Shown: one piece after another, positions 8,275 to 17,065 of the stretch
Numbering within the stretch: position 1 is the stretch's first letter
Layout: the number at the start of each line of letters is the position of its first letter
Virus record (IMG/VR): IMGVR_UViG_3300046747_000551
Location: 1-64,000 of that record
Strand: one strand, 5' to 3'
Source: a virus
Length of the DNA: 64,000 bases
Program-made: the position numbers and the translations under genes
Notes under the pieces: generated by a model
The model's database searches: none
Seen by the model: only the letters and a program-made list of their open reading frames with translations
What the model was told of the DNA's origin: nothing

Positions 8275-10205
8275 AATTCGAGGTCGTCCACCGCGGTGTC
8301 GAGGTCTTCGAACCGGTTAATCCGGTCGCAGCCGATGTCCCGCTCGTGCGGGTTCCATTCGTCGGACTGGGTCTCAACCGGCTCCACGTCCGTGTCGCCG
8401 GCCATGCTCGGAGTGAACCCGAACCCCTTGCGACAGGCCTGGAGGAAAAGCGTGAAGGCGTCCGCGTTGTCCGGGGACTTGCCGCCGTGCCGCGACTTGT
8501 ATTCCTTCTTGGACTCGACGTGCGACTTCTTGCCCACCATCCGGAACAGCCGGTCCGTCAGCTCGGGATACAGCTCCCCGGAGTCCAGCTCGAACGCGAC
8601 GAACAGATACTTGAACTCCAACCACCGGCGCAGCGCGAACCACAACTCCGAGTTGACGCGGTCGTAGAGTTCCTTGGCGGTGTCCTCGTCTTCGAGGAAC
8701 ACCCGCACGTCCGAGGCGCCCTCGTAGAAGTTCACGCCGATGACCATGGGCGACCACCGCGCGCGCATGTAGTCATAGACGCCCTGGCCGTTGCCGGTCC
8801 GGTCCACCGCGAGGTGCTCCGGCCGAATCTTCAGCGCGCGGCACAGGCGCATGATTTCGTCGCCGACCGCGAAGGTGTCCCCGTTGGCGATGGGGAAAAT
8901 CTTTTCGGCGAGCGCCAGATACTTCGGCGCCTTGTGCCCGTTGCGGTCCGTGAACCAAATAGTCTCGCCCTCGGGGTGCTTCAGACTCGGCCCCAGCTTC
9001 ACGCCGGCGGCGCGACCGAAAAGGCCCTTGCACAGCCGGCACGCGTCGCCGCCTTCGAGCGCGAGGTCCGCCCCCGCCACCGGCGTCGGCGTGTCATACC
9101 AGATGACGCTGCACTTCAGGTTGAGCGTGAGCCCGGTCGGGATGACCGCGAGCGCCACGCCGATGGGCGGGTAGCAGCCGCGCACCATCGTCCAGTAGCC
9201 GGGCGAGTCCAGCCCGCCGGCGTTGGCCACGATTTGCAGCATGCCCTCGTAGGTCTGCATGCCGGGGAAAACTTCGCGCTTCTCCTTGATGTTCTCCGAC
9301 TGCATCGCGTCCAGGCGCACCACGAACCAGCCGCGCGTGGACATCCACTCGAAGTGCAGCTCGGGGTCGAACGAGCCCCAGCCGAAGGTCGGCTCGGTGC
9401 GGATGCCCACGTCGTTGTTCCGGTCGTCGGGGTTGAACGCGCCATAGACCTTCAGCCCGCCGCGCTTCGACGTGTTCGAAAGCAGGTTGTCGATGTCGTG
9501 CCAGAGTCCCTTGGGCAGGTTGCTGATTTCGTCCACGAACACGAACAGCCGCGAGGTCTCACCAAACTCGGGGTGGGCTTCTTTGCGCCGGAAGCGGGCG
9601 ACACCTTGCAGCCGGCCGGCGGCTTTCTTGCCCTGGGGAATCACCACGCCGCTGATGGACCCGCGCCGCTTGCGCAGGTCGAGGCCGATGAACAGCTTTC
9701 CGATTTCGCCCGGGAGCGGGATGGCGGACTCCCGGTGCAGCGTGACTAGGTGCGAAAAAAGGTTGGCCTCAAGATGGTCCTCGCTCGGGCCGAGGACGCG
9801 CACCGAAGTGTATTCGGGGTCGCGCAACCACTCCAGGAAAAACCGAATCGCCATGCTGAACGATTTCGATTGCTTGCCGGCGCCCATGAGGAGACCGAAG
9901 TCGTGCTCGTCAACGGCGGACCAGACGCGCTTGGTGTGGTTGGGTCGGGGGTCGAACTGGTTGGGAGTCCAGAGAAGTTGTGCGGCTTCCTCGAACGCAC
10001 CGTTGGACAGCGCCCAGTGGAGGAGAATGTTGAGGAGTTCAAACGCTTTGGCCTTGGTGTCCACCGACTGCTTGGCGACCGATGGCGTCGTCTGCGCCGC
10101 CCAGGCGCGCACGAGCCGGGCCGCATCGAAAATCTCGCCGGCATGCACCAGCTTCGCGGTCTCGCGAAGCAAACCTTTGGCCGGGTGTGAATCGGGGAGC
10201 GCCAC
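8271..10205 (-). CDS. terL: terminase large subunit
   Basis: Deviant Walker A (MGAGKQSKS), Walker B (LFVFVDE), motif III (GAFNP), and an RNase H-like nuclease domain (GADLA, AVDRTGNG, KSPDNADA). Confidence 0.85.
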   Translation of the reverse strand: MALPDSHPAKGLLRETAKLVHAGEIFDAARLVRAWAAQTTPSVAKQSVDTKAKAFELLNILLHWALSNGAFEEAAQLLWTPNQFDPRPNHTKRVWSAVDEHDFGLLMGAGKQSKSFSMAIRFFLEWLRDPEYTSVRVLGPSEDHLEANLFSHLVTLHRESAIPLPGEIGKLFIGLDLRKRRGSISGVVIPQGKKAAGRLQGVARFRRKEAHPEFGETSRLFVFVDEISNLPKGLWHDIDNLLSNTSKRGGLKVYGAFNPDDRNNDVGIRTEPTFGWGSFDPELHFEWMSTRGWFVVRLDAMQSENIKEKREVFPGMQTYEGMLQIVANAGGLDSPGYWTMVRGCYPPIGVALAVIPTGLTLNLKCSVIWYDTPTPVAGADLALEGGDACRLCKGLFGRAAGVKLGPSLKHPEGETIWFTDRNGHKAPKYLALAEKIFPIANGDTFAVGDEIMRLCRALKIRPEHLAVDRTGNGQGVYDYMRARWSPMVIGVNFYEGASDVRVFLEDEDTAKELYDRVNSELWFALRRWLEFKYLFVAFELDSGELYPELTDRLFRMVGKKSHVESKKEYKSRHGGKSPDNADAFTLFLQACRKGFGFTPSMAGDTDVEPVETQSDEWNPHERDIGCDRINRFEDLDTAVDDLEL

Positions 10206-10208
10206 GGG

Positions 10209-10379
10209 TCACCGGATTTTCTTCAGCGCGCGGGCCAGCCGAAAATAGCAGTGGCCCAGCGCGGCGAGGTAGCCGTTGCGCGGCCGGCGCCGCAGGGCCA
10301 GCCAGACCTCGCCCAGGGCGACGACGGTCGGCATCACCGTGAGGAGGAACCACAGCTTCAGGTTGTCCAACCCGTGCAT
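10209..10379 (-). CDS. small membrane protein (holin-like candidate)
   Basis: Not in the track (56 aa): MHGLDNLKLWFLLTVMPTVVALGEVWLALRRRPRNGYLAALGHCYFRLARALKKIR; one hydrophobic helix followed by a basic tail. Confidence 0.4.
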   Translation of the reverse strand: MHGLDNLKLWFLLTVMPTVVALGEVWLALRRRPRNGYLAALGHCYFRLARALKKIR

Positions 10380-10660
10380 AAATTGTGGGGCGCGTTGTTT
10401 AAGCCGTTAACGCCGGCTGCCACGAGTGACGGGCTGCGGACGTTGCCCGCTGTCACCATTTACCCGCTGACAGGCCAGCCACTGGGCGCCCCACGCCGGA
10501 ACATTTAGTTGCTCGGCCAAAACGGGCTGTCCTGTCAAATTGGTGGAGACTTTCCTTGGCTGGAATGCGGTGCCCCTGACCGCCTGCCCCGTTACCGAGT
10601 CCTGGGGGCAGGACCTTCGACGACCAGCGTTAGCTGGGGGCTCGGCGAAATTGTTCATGG

Positions 10661-10936
10661 TCAGGTAACCGTTACGGTTACAGTTCCCTGTCCCGGTGCG
10701 GAAGGCAGCGTGGGACCCAGGATGACCGGACTGTCCGGACCCAGGCCGACGAAGTTCTCGGCGCGGACCTTCCAGTTGTAAACCGCTGGAGTTGGATTGA
10801 AAATGTCCAGGCTCGCAACGGGCGTGTTGGCCTTGAAGTTGAACGGACCGCCGTTCTGGCTTTCATAGACCTTGTAGTTCGTAACTTGTTCTCCCGCGGG
10901 GTTCGCGGGCCATTCTAAGTGCAACGTGGTTGGCAT
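10661..10936 (-). CDS. fibronectin type III / Ig-like single-domain protein (possible virion decoration)
   Basis: LEWPANP...VTNYKVY...YNWKVRAENFVGLGPDS, the FN3 pattern. Preceded by a class B promoter. Confidence 0.75.
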   Translation of the reverse strand: MPTTLHLEWPANPAGEQVTNYKVYESQNGGPFNFKANTPVASLDIFNPTPAVYNWKVRAENFVGLGPDSPVILGPTLPSAPGQGTVTVTVT

Positions 10937-10941
10937 GTCAC

Positions 10942-11634
10942 CTAAGAAGTGGGCGGTTCCGGCGTTTTGTCAAGCCGCATCACGGTGCTGGAGTGCCAAA
11001 AAGTTTGGCCCGACGGCGCCCGGTGCCCGAGCTGGCGCAGCCGCTCCGCAATGACCTGATATGTCATCCCCCGCCGGCGCAGGTCGCGGATGACGACGAG
11101 GATATGCCGCTCGTCCGCGTTCTCAGCCGGGTCCGGGTTGTCCCCGAACCGCCGCGGCCCGCCGCAGGGCCGGCCGGTCTTCGCCGCCGTGCGCCGCCGG
11201 CCGTCTTGCAGCTTCTTAACAATGACGGCCTTCTCCCACTGCGCCAGCGCGCCGAGCAGTTGCCGCAGCAACACGCGCGTCGGGTCGCCGTCCTTGCAGG
11301 TCAGTTCCTGGCCGGTGTCCGCGGCGAATACCTTGACGTTTTGCTCCTGGCACTTCACGAAAAAAAGTTCCTGGGCCATGAGGTCGCGCGCCACGCGGTC
11401 CGCGCGCTCGACGATGATGGCGCCCACGTCGCAGGCCACCGCGAGTTCCAACATCTCAATGAGCATGAGGCGGTCCTCGAACGCCGCGCCGCCGGACTGT
11501 TGCTCCTCGAACGTGCGCGCGATGGTGAACCCGACGTGGTCCGCATACGCGTGCACCGCGTCGCGCTGGCGCTCCAGCCCGTTCATGTCGAGCTGTTCCT
11601 TGGTGCTGACGCGCAGGTATGCGAAAGTTCTCAT
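10942..11634 (-). CDS. serine recombinase (resolvase catalytic domain plus recombinase DNA-binding domain)
   Basis: AYLRVST (catalytic Ser), DRVARD, QLLGALAQWEK and C-terminal IAERL...G..W..STV. Confidence 0.9.
   Translation of the reverse strand: MRTFAYLRVSTKEQLDMNGLERQRDAVHAYADHVGFTIARTFEEQQSGGAAFEDRLMLIEMLELAVACDVGAIIVERADRVARDLMAQELFFVKCQEQNVKVFAADTGQELTCKDGDPTRVLLRQLLGALAQWEKAVIVKKLQDGRRRTAAKTGRPCGGPRRFGDNPDPAENADERHILVVIRDLRRRGMTYQVIAERLRQLGHRAPSGQTFWHSSTVMRLDKTPEPPTS
10947..10973 (-). promoter_or_regulatory. class B promoter TTGACA-N16-CACTTC
   Basis: Exact motif inside the 3' end of the recombinase gene, upstream of the FN3 gene ATG at 10936. Confidence 0.7.
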
Positions 11635-11804
11635 GTAGCGGCGGAAATTAAAATAGCCGGCGGGCTTCCGGTAAACACGACAGTCGATTCTACGTCGGTG
11701 ACCCCGGCGGCGGTCCCGACGTTCACCCAGGTCATCACCTGCTCGTGTCCGTGCCCGGCCAGCCGCAGGTCATCCAGCTGCCTTGCAAATTCGTCGAGTG
11801 TCAT
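11631..11804 (-). CDS. hypothetical protein
   Basis: 57 aa, MTLDEFARQLDDLRLAGHG..., overlapping both neighbours by 4 nt; not in the track. Confidence 0.55.
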   Translation of the reverse strand: MTLDEFARQLDDLRLAGHGHEQVMTWVNVGTAAGVTDVESTVVFTGSPPAILISAAT

Positions 11805-11995
11805 TGGAAATGTTCGCTCAGTTTCTTCTCCGGGTCAAGGCCCTGCTCGCGACAAATTTCACGGGCGGAGGTGCTGCCCACGCCGCACAGGTCCATGACC
11901 GCGACCCACGCCGGCGCAATTCGGAAGTTAGTCCCGGCCAGGATGCGGAGCGCGCTTCGCAATAACCACGCGCGGTCGATTTTTTCCAGGGTCAT
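11801..11995 (-). CDS. hypothetical protein
   Basis: WVAVMDLCGVGSTSAREICREQGLDPE, possibly HTH-like; coupled overlaps. Confidence 0.6.
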   Translation of the reverse strand: MTLEKIDRAWLLRSALRILAGTNFRIAPAWVAVMDLCGVGSTSAREICREQGLDPEKKLSEHFQ

Positions 11996-12327
11996 AATTT
12001 TGCGATGTCGTCTAGCTCAGTATTCCACCGCGCCAGCACTCTGTCAAGGTTGTCCGCATCGGCGGCATTCCGAAGCTGGCTACGCAGGTCCGGGAGCTGT
12101 TCCAAAATGGCTTTGGCAAAAGCCCGGTAGCGAAACTCCCGGCGGATGTGCCCCTGCATTTTGTCCGTGAATTTCTTCAGCGCGTCAGAATAGTCGAACT
12201 GCGCGGTGTGGAGGTCCCCCGTCCAAAGGTCCCCCGTCCAAAAATATGGCTTATAGGGTTTCACTGGGCACGCACAAACATACCGCCCGCACGTCGGGCA
12301 ACAGTCATCAAGGGGGTCGCTTCTCAT
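11992..12327 (-). CDS. hypothetical protein with N-terminal Cys cluster
   Basis: CCPTCGRYVCAC; coupled overlaps. Confidence 0.5.
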   Translation of the reverse strand: MRSDPLDDCCPTCGRYVCACPVKPYKPYFWTGDLWTGDLHTAQFDYSDALKKFTDKMQGHIRREFRYRAFAKAILEQLPDLRSQLRNAADADNLDRVLARWNTELDDIAKL

Positions 12328-12697
12328 TCGTCATCTCCCCGTTTCCCCCGTAGGCGTCCCACACGTCCCGCGCATCCGGATAATTCGCAGTGTCCTGAAT
12401 GGCGAGCAGCCGCCGCGATATCTCGCGCGACATGGCCACGCACACCTCCTGCATCCGCGTGATGCGCCGTGTCACTAGCTCACGGGCGTTTATCAGGTGG
12501 TTGATTTCCATGTCGCGAAGAGACACCACCTCGCCGGCCTTGGTGCGCCAGTGCGTGAGATGGGAAACCTTCCCGCTGCCGCCACCACCCCCGCCGCCGA
12601 TGATGTGGACGTGGACCTCCTTCGCGGTCGCGGGCAGGGCGGTGGCCAGCTTGCGCTTGATGCGCCGGCGCAGTTTCTTCTTGGTCGTCTTTTTCAT
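12308..12697 (-). CDS. hypothetical protein
   Basis: Basic N-terminus, poly-Gly, WRTKAGEVVSLRDMEINHLINA (a recurrent small phage domain). Confidence 0.6.
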   Translation of the reverse strand: MKKTTKKKLRRRIKRKLATALPATAKEVHVHIIGGGGGGGSGKVSHLTHWRTKAGEVVSLRDMEINHLINARELVTRRITRMQEVCVAMSREISRRLLAIQDTANYPDARDVWDAYGGNGEMTNEKRPP

Positions 12698-12848
12698 CAG
12701 GCCTTTCCCGTCCGGGTTTTCTCGGCGGCGGCGCGGGCTTCCGCGGTGGCCTTGACGGTTTTCTTGCGGGCGTTCGTCGCCTTGGCGAGCTTCCGCTGCT
12801 TGGCGGATTCGATGGCGTTGTTGATTCGTTGGATTGTGGCTAGGTCGT

Positions 12849-13070
12849 TCATAAAATGTTGTTGTAGGGTCCGCTCCACATCGGCGGGGCAGTTTGTTCA
12901 GCCGCGGTCTTCAGCGCCCGGCGAAACATGCGCGCGTGGTGCCGGGCTTCGTCGTTAGTAAACCACGCCGTCCCGATGTCGAACGTCTGGTTGCCGACCT
13001 TGAACCGCACTTGAAAAGTGTCGTCGGAACGGTCGCCGCCAAGGTGAAGAACGTAAACTCGTGGCTTCAT
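12849..13070 (-). CDS. hypothetical protein
   Basis: Coupled to the upstream gene in a tightly packed minus-strand run. Confidence 0.5.
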   Translation of the reverse strand: MKPRVYVLHLGGDRSDDTFQVRFKVGNQTFDIGTAWFTNDEARHHARMFRRALKTAAEQTAPPMWSGPYNNIL

Positions 13071-13438
13071 TAGTCCTCGCAGTCGGGCGCCTCGGGCCAG
13101 GAGATTTCCACACCGGTGGCATCACCAAAAGTTTTGCCGACGGCCTTGAAGCCGCGGCCCTCGAAATGCGCAATGACCCGCGCCCGCGCGCCGGCCAGCG
13201 CCTCGGGGTATTCCTGTTCGGGCTTCGTGAGCGAATTGGCGAACACCGACACACTCTTCATCGGCGCGGGCGTGGAGTGCGCCCACATTATCCGCTCGTC
13301 CAAGGCCGCTATCCAGCGCTCCGTGAGGTATTCCGTCCGCTGGACGATGCTCGCCTCGCGGATAGCAGCCTGCCGGCGGAAGCGCTCGCGCATCTGCTCG
13401 ACGGTCGGCGGCGGTGGATTAAATGGTTCGGTCTTCAT
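13070..13438 (-). CDS. hypothetical protein
   Basis: ATG lies 13 nt downstream of class B promoter 13451-13478. Confidence 0.6.
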   Translation of the reverse strand: MKTEPFNPPPPTVEQMRERFRRQAAIREASIVQRTEYLTERWIAALDERIMWAHSTPAPMKSVSVFANSLTKPEQEYPEALAGARARVIAHFEGRGFKAVGKTFGDATGVEISWPEAPDCED

Positions 13439-13647
13439 ATTCTATCCTTACCAGTGCCATAGATTGGCGGGATGTCAAGGGTTGCTCGATGGTTTGAGAT
13501 GAATTGTGCGATTTGGTCCGCGGTGCCCGTAACGATGATTTCCGAGCCGACGCGGTCGATGATGGTGAGCCCGGCGTCCGTCAACTCGGAAATGAGCGCG
13601 GTGGCCCGGGCTTCGTGGCCGGCGTAAACGTGATAGTGGTTGTTCAT
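13435..13647 (-). CDS. hypothetical protein
   Basis: Start MNNHYHV at 13647, with GAGGA and class B promoter 13658-13685 upstream. Confidence 0.55.
   Translation of the reverse strand: MNNHYHVYAGHEARATALISELTDAGLTIIDRVGSEIIVTGTADQIAQFISNHRATLDIPPIYGTGKDRI
13451..13478 (-). promoter_or_regulatory. class B promoter TTGACA-N16-CACTGG
   Basis: Exact motif; spacer 13457-13472. Confidence 0.7.
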
Positions 13648-13657
13648 ATCGTCCTCT

Positions 13658-13685
13658 ACAGTGCCAGATTCCCCGCCGTTGTCAA
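13658..13685 (-). promoter_or_regulatory. class B promoter TTGACA-N16-CACTGT
   Basis: Exact motif; spacer 13664-13679. Confidence 0.7.
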
Positions 13686-13876
13686 GCCCCAGCGCAGCTC
13701 CCCATCCAACCAAAAAGCGGTGAAGGGTTCGCTGGTCATGTGAGAACCGTCCACCCACAAGTCCTGGACATAGACTTGCCGCTCGACCACGGGCCTGGGC
13801 ATCAGGTCCTCCGCAGGGCGGTTACAGGCGAACCGCAGCGGCCCGCAGTGCTCCAGTTCCTCTCGGGTGTAGGGTT

Positions 13877-14377
13877 TCACGCGGGGCAGGTCAAAAGGTT
13901 GGTGGTGCGGACGGGCACGACCTTCCAGGCCTTGAAAACCCGGCGCCGCCGGCCGGGCGCTTTCTTCGCGGGCATCGGCACGCGGACCTGATTGTCCACG
14001 AAGGTGCGCCCGTGGACCACGACGTAGTGGCGGGTCACGTTCACGATGACCGGCGCCGCGGCGATGTCCTTGCGGTGCTCCCGCAAAAAGCGGGCGAGGG
14101 TCGGAACCGGGTTCTGGATACGCAGGGGTATTCCCCATTGCGTTTCGTAGCGGTGGTCTTCCGTCCAGCTGTAGATTAGCTCTAGCTTGAACCCAAGCTC
14201 GTTGGCCACGTGCCCGAGCACGAGGTTCGTCACGCCTTTGACCCGGCGCTTGCCGGTGCGGGCGAGGATGTGTTTGTGGATGACGCTGGTGGGCTGCCCG
14301 GTCGTGATGGACAGCGCCGCCGGCCCGCACCAGAGGGTGCCCGGCAGGTCGTGTTTGATTGGGTGTAGTTTACTCAT
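13877..14377 (-). CDS. papain-fold (peptidase C39-like) protein, paralog A
   Basis: Start MSKLHPIKHDL. LWCGPAALS...TRHYVVV..TFVDN gives Cys-His-Asp order; clearly paralogous to 26468-26905. Confidence 0.6.
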   Translation of the reverse strand: MSKLHPIKHDLPGTLWCGPAALSITTGQPTSVIHKHILARTGKRRVKGVTNLVLGHVANELGFKLELIYSWTEDHRYETQWGIPLRIQNPVPTLARFLREHRKDIAAAPVIVNVTRHYVVVHGRTFVDNQVRVPMPAKKAPGRRRRVFKAWKVVPVRTTNLLTCPA

Positions 14378-14628
14378 TGTGGATTGATGATTGGGGCCGT
14401 CCCATAGGGGAACACGAAATACATCTCGCGGCCCACGAAGTCGTTCAACGACTTGGGGGCTGGGGTGGTGTAAAAATAGCGGGTGAGCCCCACGTCGAAA
14501 AAGTAGAGCGGCATGCCCGGCGCCGCCAGCATGTCGAGCATCATCCGCCGGGTCAGCAGCTGCCGGCCGGGGGCTTTGGGATGTTCGTCGTGCATCACCC
14601 CGTAACTTCGCACACGGACCTCGGGCTG

Positions 14629-14820
14629 TCAAGCCGAGGACTTCGAAATCACGTCCCAGGCCGGCCAGTAAAAGCCGTGCGCCTGATAGACGAGCCCCTT
14701 GCCAAGTAACTCGACCAACGCACTGGGGTCTTTGACCTTGGTGACGGGGAGCGGCTCGCCCAGCATCACGGCTTGGAGTTGCTCCAGTTCGGGGTCCGAG
14801 AGCCGGTCACGAAGTTTCAT
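14629..14820 (-). CDS. small winged-helix-like hypothetical protein
   Basis: ALVELLGKGLVYQAHGFYW pattern. Confidence 0.45.
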   Translation of the reverse strand: MKLRDRLSDPELEQLQAVMLGEPLPVTKVKDPSALVELLGKGLVYQAHGFYWPAWDVISKSSA

Positions 14821-14944
14821 GGTGTGTCAAAAAGTCGCGCGCGAGGATTTTCCTCAAATCGCGCTCGGTTGTCTGAGCGCCGCCGGCCGGCCCCGCCTCC
14901 CCCCGTGCCGGCACCCCGACTTCGCGCCGCGGGCTGGCACGATT

Positions 14945-15180
14945 CTTGCTTTAGCACGCAAGCCCTTGGACCGCAGCACATTGACCGAGTGTCTAGGACC
15001 TGGGCACGGGGACCGAGGGGCTCGGCAATAAGTGCCGAGTGACCCGGTTCGTGTCCCGTTGCGAGTCTAGGCCGTTGCAGAGCAGCTAAGGTGCTGAGGG
15101 CCAAGGACCTCCAGGCCGCGCTTCGGAGGGATTGGCGGGTCGTCCCAATATCGGGACAAGTGAGTGAGCACTTACTTACC
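14945..15180 (+). ncRNA. candidate structured non-coding RNA (long rod hairpin plus small hairpins)
   Basis: Intergenic. Nested complementarity CCTTGGACCGCAGCAC/GTGCTGAGGGCCAAGG, GGGCACG/CGTGTCC, CTCGGCA/TGCCGAG and AAGTGAGTG/CACTTACTT; G-U pairs favour the + strand. Confidence 0.4.
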
Positions 15181-15825
15181 ATGCGTTGGCGGGGTCGGGT
15201 CGGGCGGCGCGACCTCGGTTCGCTCAGCCGGGGCTACAGGGGCGACAGCTTGGCACACGGCATCGGCCAACTCCCGCACAATCTGGTCCGCGGGCTTGGT
15301 CGCCGTGCCGACCGAGTTAAGTGATTGGATGACAGCAGCATGCAACGCAGACACATTCATCTGGTCTGGCTCGTCGTCGCGCTTCGTGCGCTCGCCAACG
15401 GTGTCACCAAGTGCGGCGTAACACATTGCGCTGGCCTTCTCTGCCGCCGCGGCGAGGTCCACAAAATAGCGGGCCGAGAGGATTCTGGCACCGTTCTTGC
15501 CTACGTTCGACACTTGGTCGCAAATCTCCTCGGGCGACATGCCCTCAAAGCGACGGATGACGCTGTCCAGGAGCGTGCGAATGCGGTGGCCTTGCACGAA
15601 TGCAAGCGCCTTGTTCTGAGCACGTTCGAAATCTCCAGGCTTGCCAGAAGTGGACAAAAGGGTGACGCGCTGAATCTTCGCCTGCCAGCCCTCGGCATCG
15701 GCCAGGGCTTGAACGACCGCCGGCTCCAAATTCAGCGCCTCGGCGGTGCGTGCGACGTCGCCGCACAGTGCCACGTAGGTGAGCAGAATCTGCGAGACGT
15801 CTAACTTGTTCTTGTTGAGCAACAT
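15172..15825 (-). CDS. HTH protein, possible terminase small subunit
   Basis: N-terminal TYVALCGDVARTAEALNLEPAVV...EGW (HTH plus Trp), helical middle, flexible C-terminus; near the head of the leftward unit that contains terL. Confidence 0.45.
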   Translation of the reverse strand: MLLNKNKLDVSQILLTYVALCGDVARTAEALNLEPAVVQALADAEGWQAKIQRVTLLSTSGKPGDFERAQNKALAFVQGHRIRTLLDSVIRRFEGMSPEEICDQVSNVGKNGARILSARYFVDLAAAAEKASAMCYAALGDTVGERTKRDDEPDQMNVSALHAAVIQSLNSVGTATKPADQIVRELADAVCQAVAPVAPAERTEVAPPDPTPPTHGK

Positions 15826-15828
15826 AGG

Positions 15829-15990
15829 TTAGCTGCCGAGGGGTTTCTTCGCGCGGTCGGTCGCATGCACGCGCCACCACTGCTCCCGTTTTTGTTTTCG
15901 GATGAGTTTCTTCGCCTCGGTGTGCAACTTCTGTGCCGCGTGAGGCGCCGCCTTGAAAAGTTCCCGTTCGATGTCTTTGGGGTCTTGCAT
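15829..15990 (-). CDS. small basic hypothetical protein
   Basis: 53 aa, MQDPKDIERELFKAAPHAAQKLHTEAKKLIRKQKREQWW..., just downstream of promoter 16002-16028; not in the track. Confidence 0.5.
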   Translation of the reverse strand: MQDPKDIERELFKAAPHAAQKLHTEAKKLIRKQKREQWWRVHATDRAKKPLGS

Positions 15991-16001
15991 GTCCGTTTAA
16001 G

Positions 16002-16028
16002 AGGTGCGGCCCAGGCGCGAAATGTCAA
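16002..16028 (-). promoter_or_regulatory. leftward promoter TTGACA-N16-CACCT (class B variant)
   Basis: Spacer 16007-16022; divergent partner of 16234-16261. Confidence 0.6.
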
Positions 16029-16066
16029 GGCATGCACTTTGCACGCCTGAAAAGGTAGCCGTGAGG

Positions 16067-16236
16067 CAAGGTGGAGTGGACGGTCATAACCTGTCTGCTG
16101 GGGGGCTATCCTACTCCTATCCTCTTCTAATTCAATAATTTAAGAAGAAGAAGAGGGTATAGTCAACGTGTTTACCTGAAAATGAGAACCCCCGAAAATG
16201 CCCAGCAGACAGGTTATGACCGTCCACTCCACCTTG
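16067..16236. repeat. perfect 36-bp inverted repeat (16067-16102 / 16201-16236) around a 98-bp AT-rich spacer
   Basis: CAAGGTGGAGTGGACGGTCATAACCTGTCTGCTGGG and its exact reverse complement; inner 8-bp IR CCTCTTCT/AGAAGAGG. Confidence 0.95.
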
Positions 16237-16261
16237 ACAAACCCGGAAAAGGCCACACTGG
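16234..16261 (+). promoter_or_regulatory. rightward class B promoter TTGACA-N16-CACTGG
   Basis: The -35 box overlaps the right arm of the inverted repeat; ATG at 16272. Confidence 0.75.
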
Positions 16262-16271
16262 GAAGGGTGAC

Positions 16272-17030
16272 ATGATATCGAGCCGCACAGTTCTGCACGA
16301 GGCAATACGTCGCCTGCACCAAGTCTGGAAGCGCTGGGACCTTTTCAACCGGGATGGAGTGCCCATGGCCGAGGCCGAGGCTGCCCGGCTCCGGGATATG
16401 AAGGCCGACCTGCTGGCGCGCATTGGTCTGTCGCGCATTCGCAACAAGGCCGCGTGGTATGAACGCGTCGAGAGTGCTTGTTCGGCACCACCGGTCAAGG
16501 TCGCCTCGTCCGTGCCGGCGTGCGTCCGCGACTTCGAGCAGCCGCACGACTGCCCGACGTGGCGCGGCCTGGACAGTGCGGAACCCGAGCGCAAGGTGGT
16601 GGGGCTGGTCTGGTGCCGACGCGTGGGGCGCTGGGCTATTCGCATCCAGTGCCGGCGCATCCAGGGCCAGCGTGCGGAGTATCTCAACACCGAGACGCAC
16701 GGCATGTCCTGGGGCCACCTCGCCGTGGCCATCGACCATCTCAAGTGCGTCCTCATTTTTCGCGGGCACCTCAGCTTGCCGGTGTTCGGCACCCGCACTT
16801 CTGCATGGAATGCCTGGAGTTTTGCCAAGGAGAAAATGGACTGTGGCGACGTGGAACTAGACCTGGACAACCCGCTGCATGCACACCTCGCGCAATGGCT
16901 CTCGCGCCAGGAGAAGCTGACCGAGGACCGCATCAAGTATCCGGATGCCACGCTGCGCGACTACCCCAAAGAGACCGCGGCCGAGGCGCGCTATATCAAT
17001 GACGCGTTTGGGAGCAACGTGGCCTCTTGA
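16272..17030 (+). CDS. hypothetical protein (first gene of the rightward arm)
   Basis: Start MISSRTVLHE at 16272, directly after the promoter. Confidence 0.65.
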   Translation: MISSRTVLHEAIRRLHQVWKRWDLFNRDGVPMAEAEAARLRDMKADLLARIGLSRIRNKAAWYERVESACSAPPVKVASSVPACVRDFEQPHDCPTWRGLDSAEPERKVVGLVWCRRVGRWAIRIQCRRIQGQRAEYLNTETHGMSWGHLAVAIDHLKCVLIFRGHLSLPVFGTRTSAWNAWSFAKEKMDCGDVELDLDNPLHAHLAQWLSRQEKLTEDRIKYPDATLRDYPKETAAEARYINDAFGSNVAS

Positions 17031-17062
17031 CATTTTTCGAAAAGTCCACACTGGGATAGGTA
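17027..17062 (+). promoter_or_regulatory. class B promoter TTGACA-N16-CACTGGGATAGGTA
   Basis: Nearly identical to 27109-27146; similar to the copies at 30972 and 34332. Confidence 0.8.
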
Positions 17063-17065
17063 GAG

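Noticed and set aside
16067-16236. Protelomerase telRL site or MITE
   Set aside because: telRL sites are uninterrupted palindromes and no protelomerase gene was seen. There is no target-site duplication or second copy supporting a MITE.
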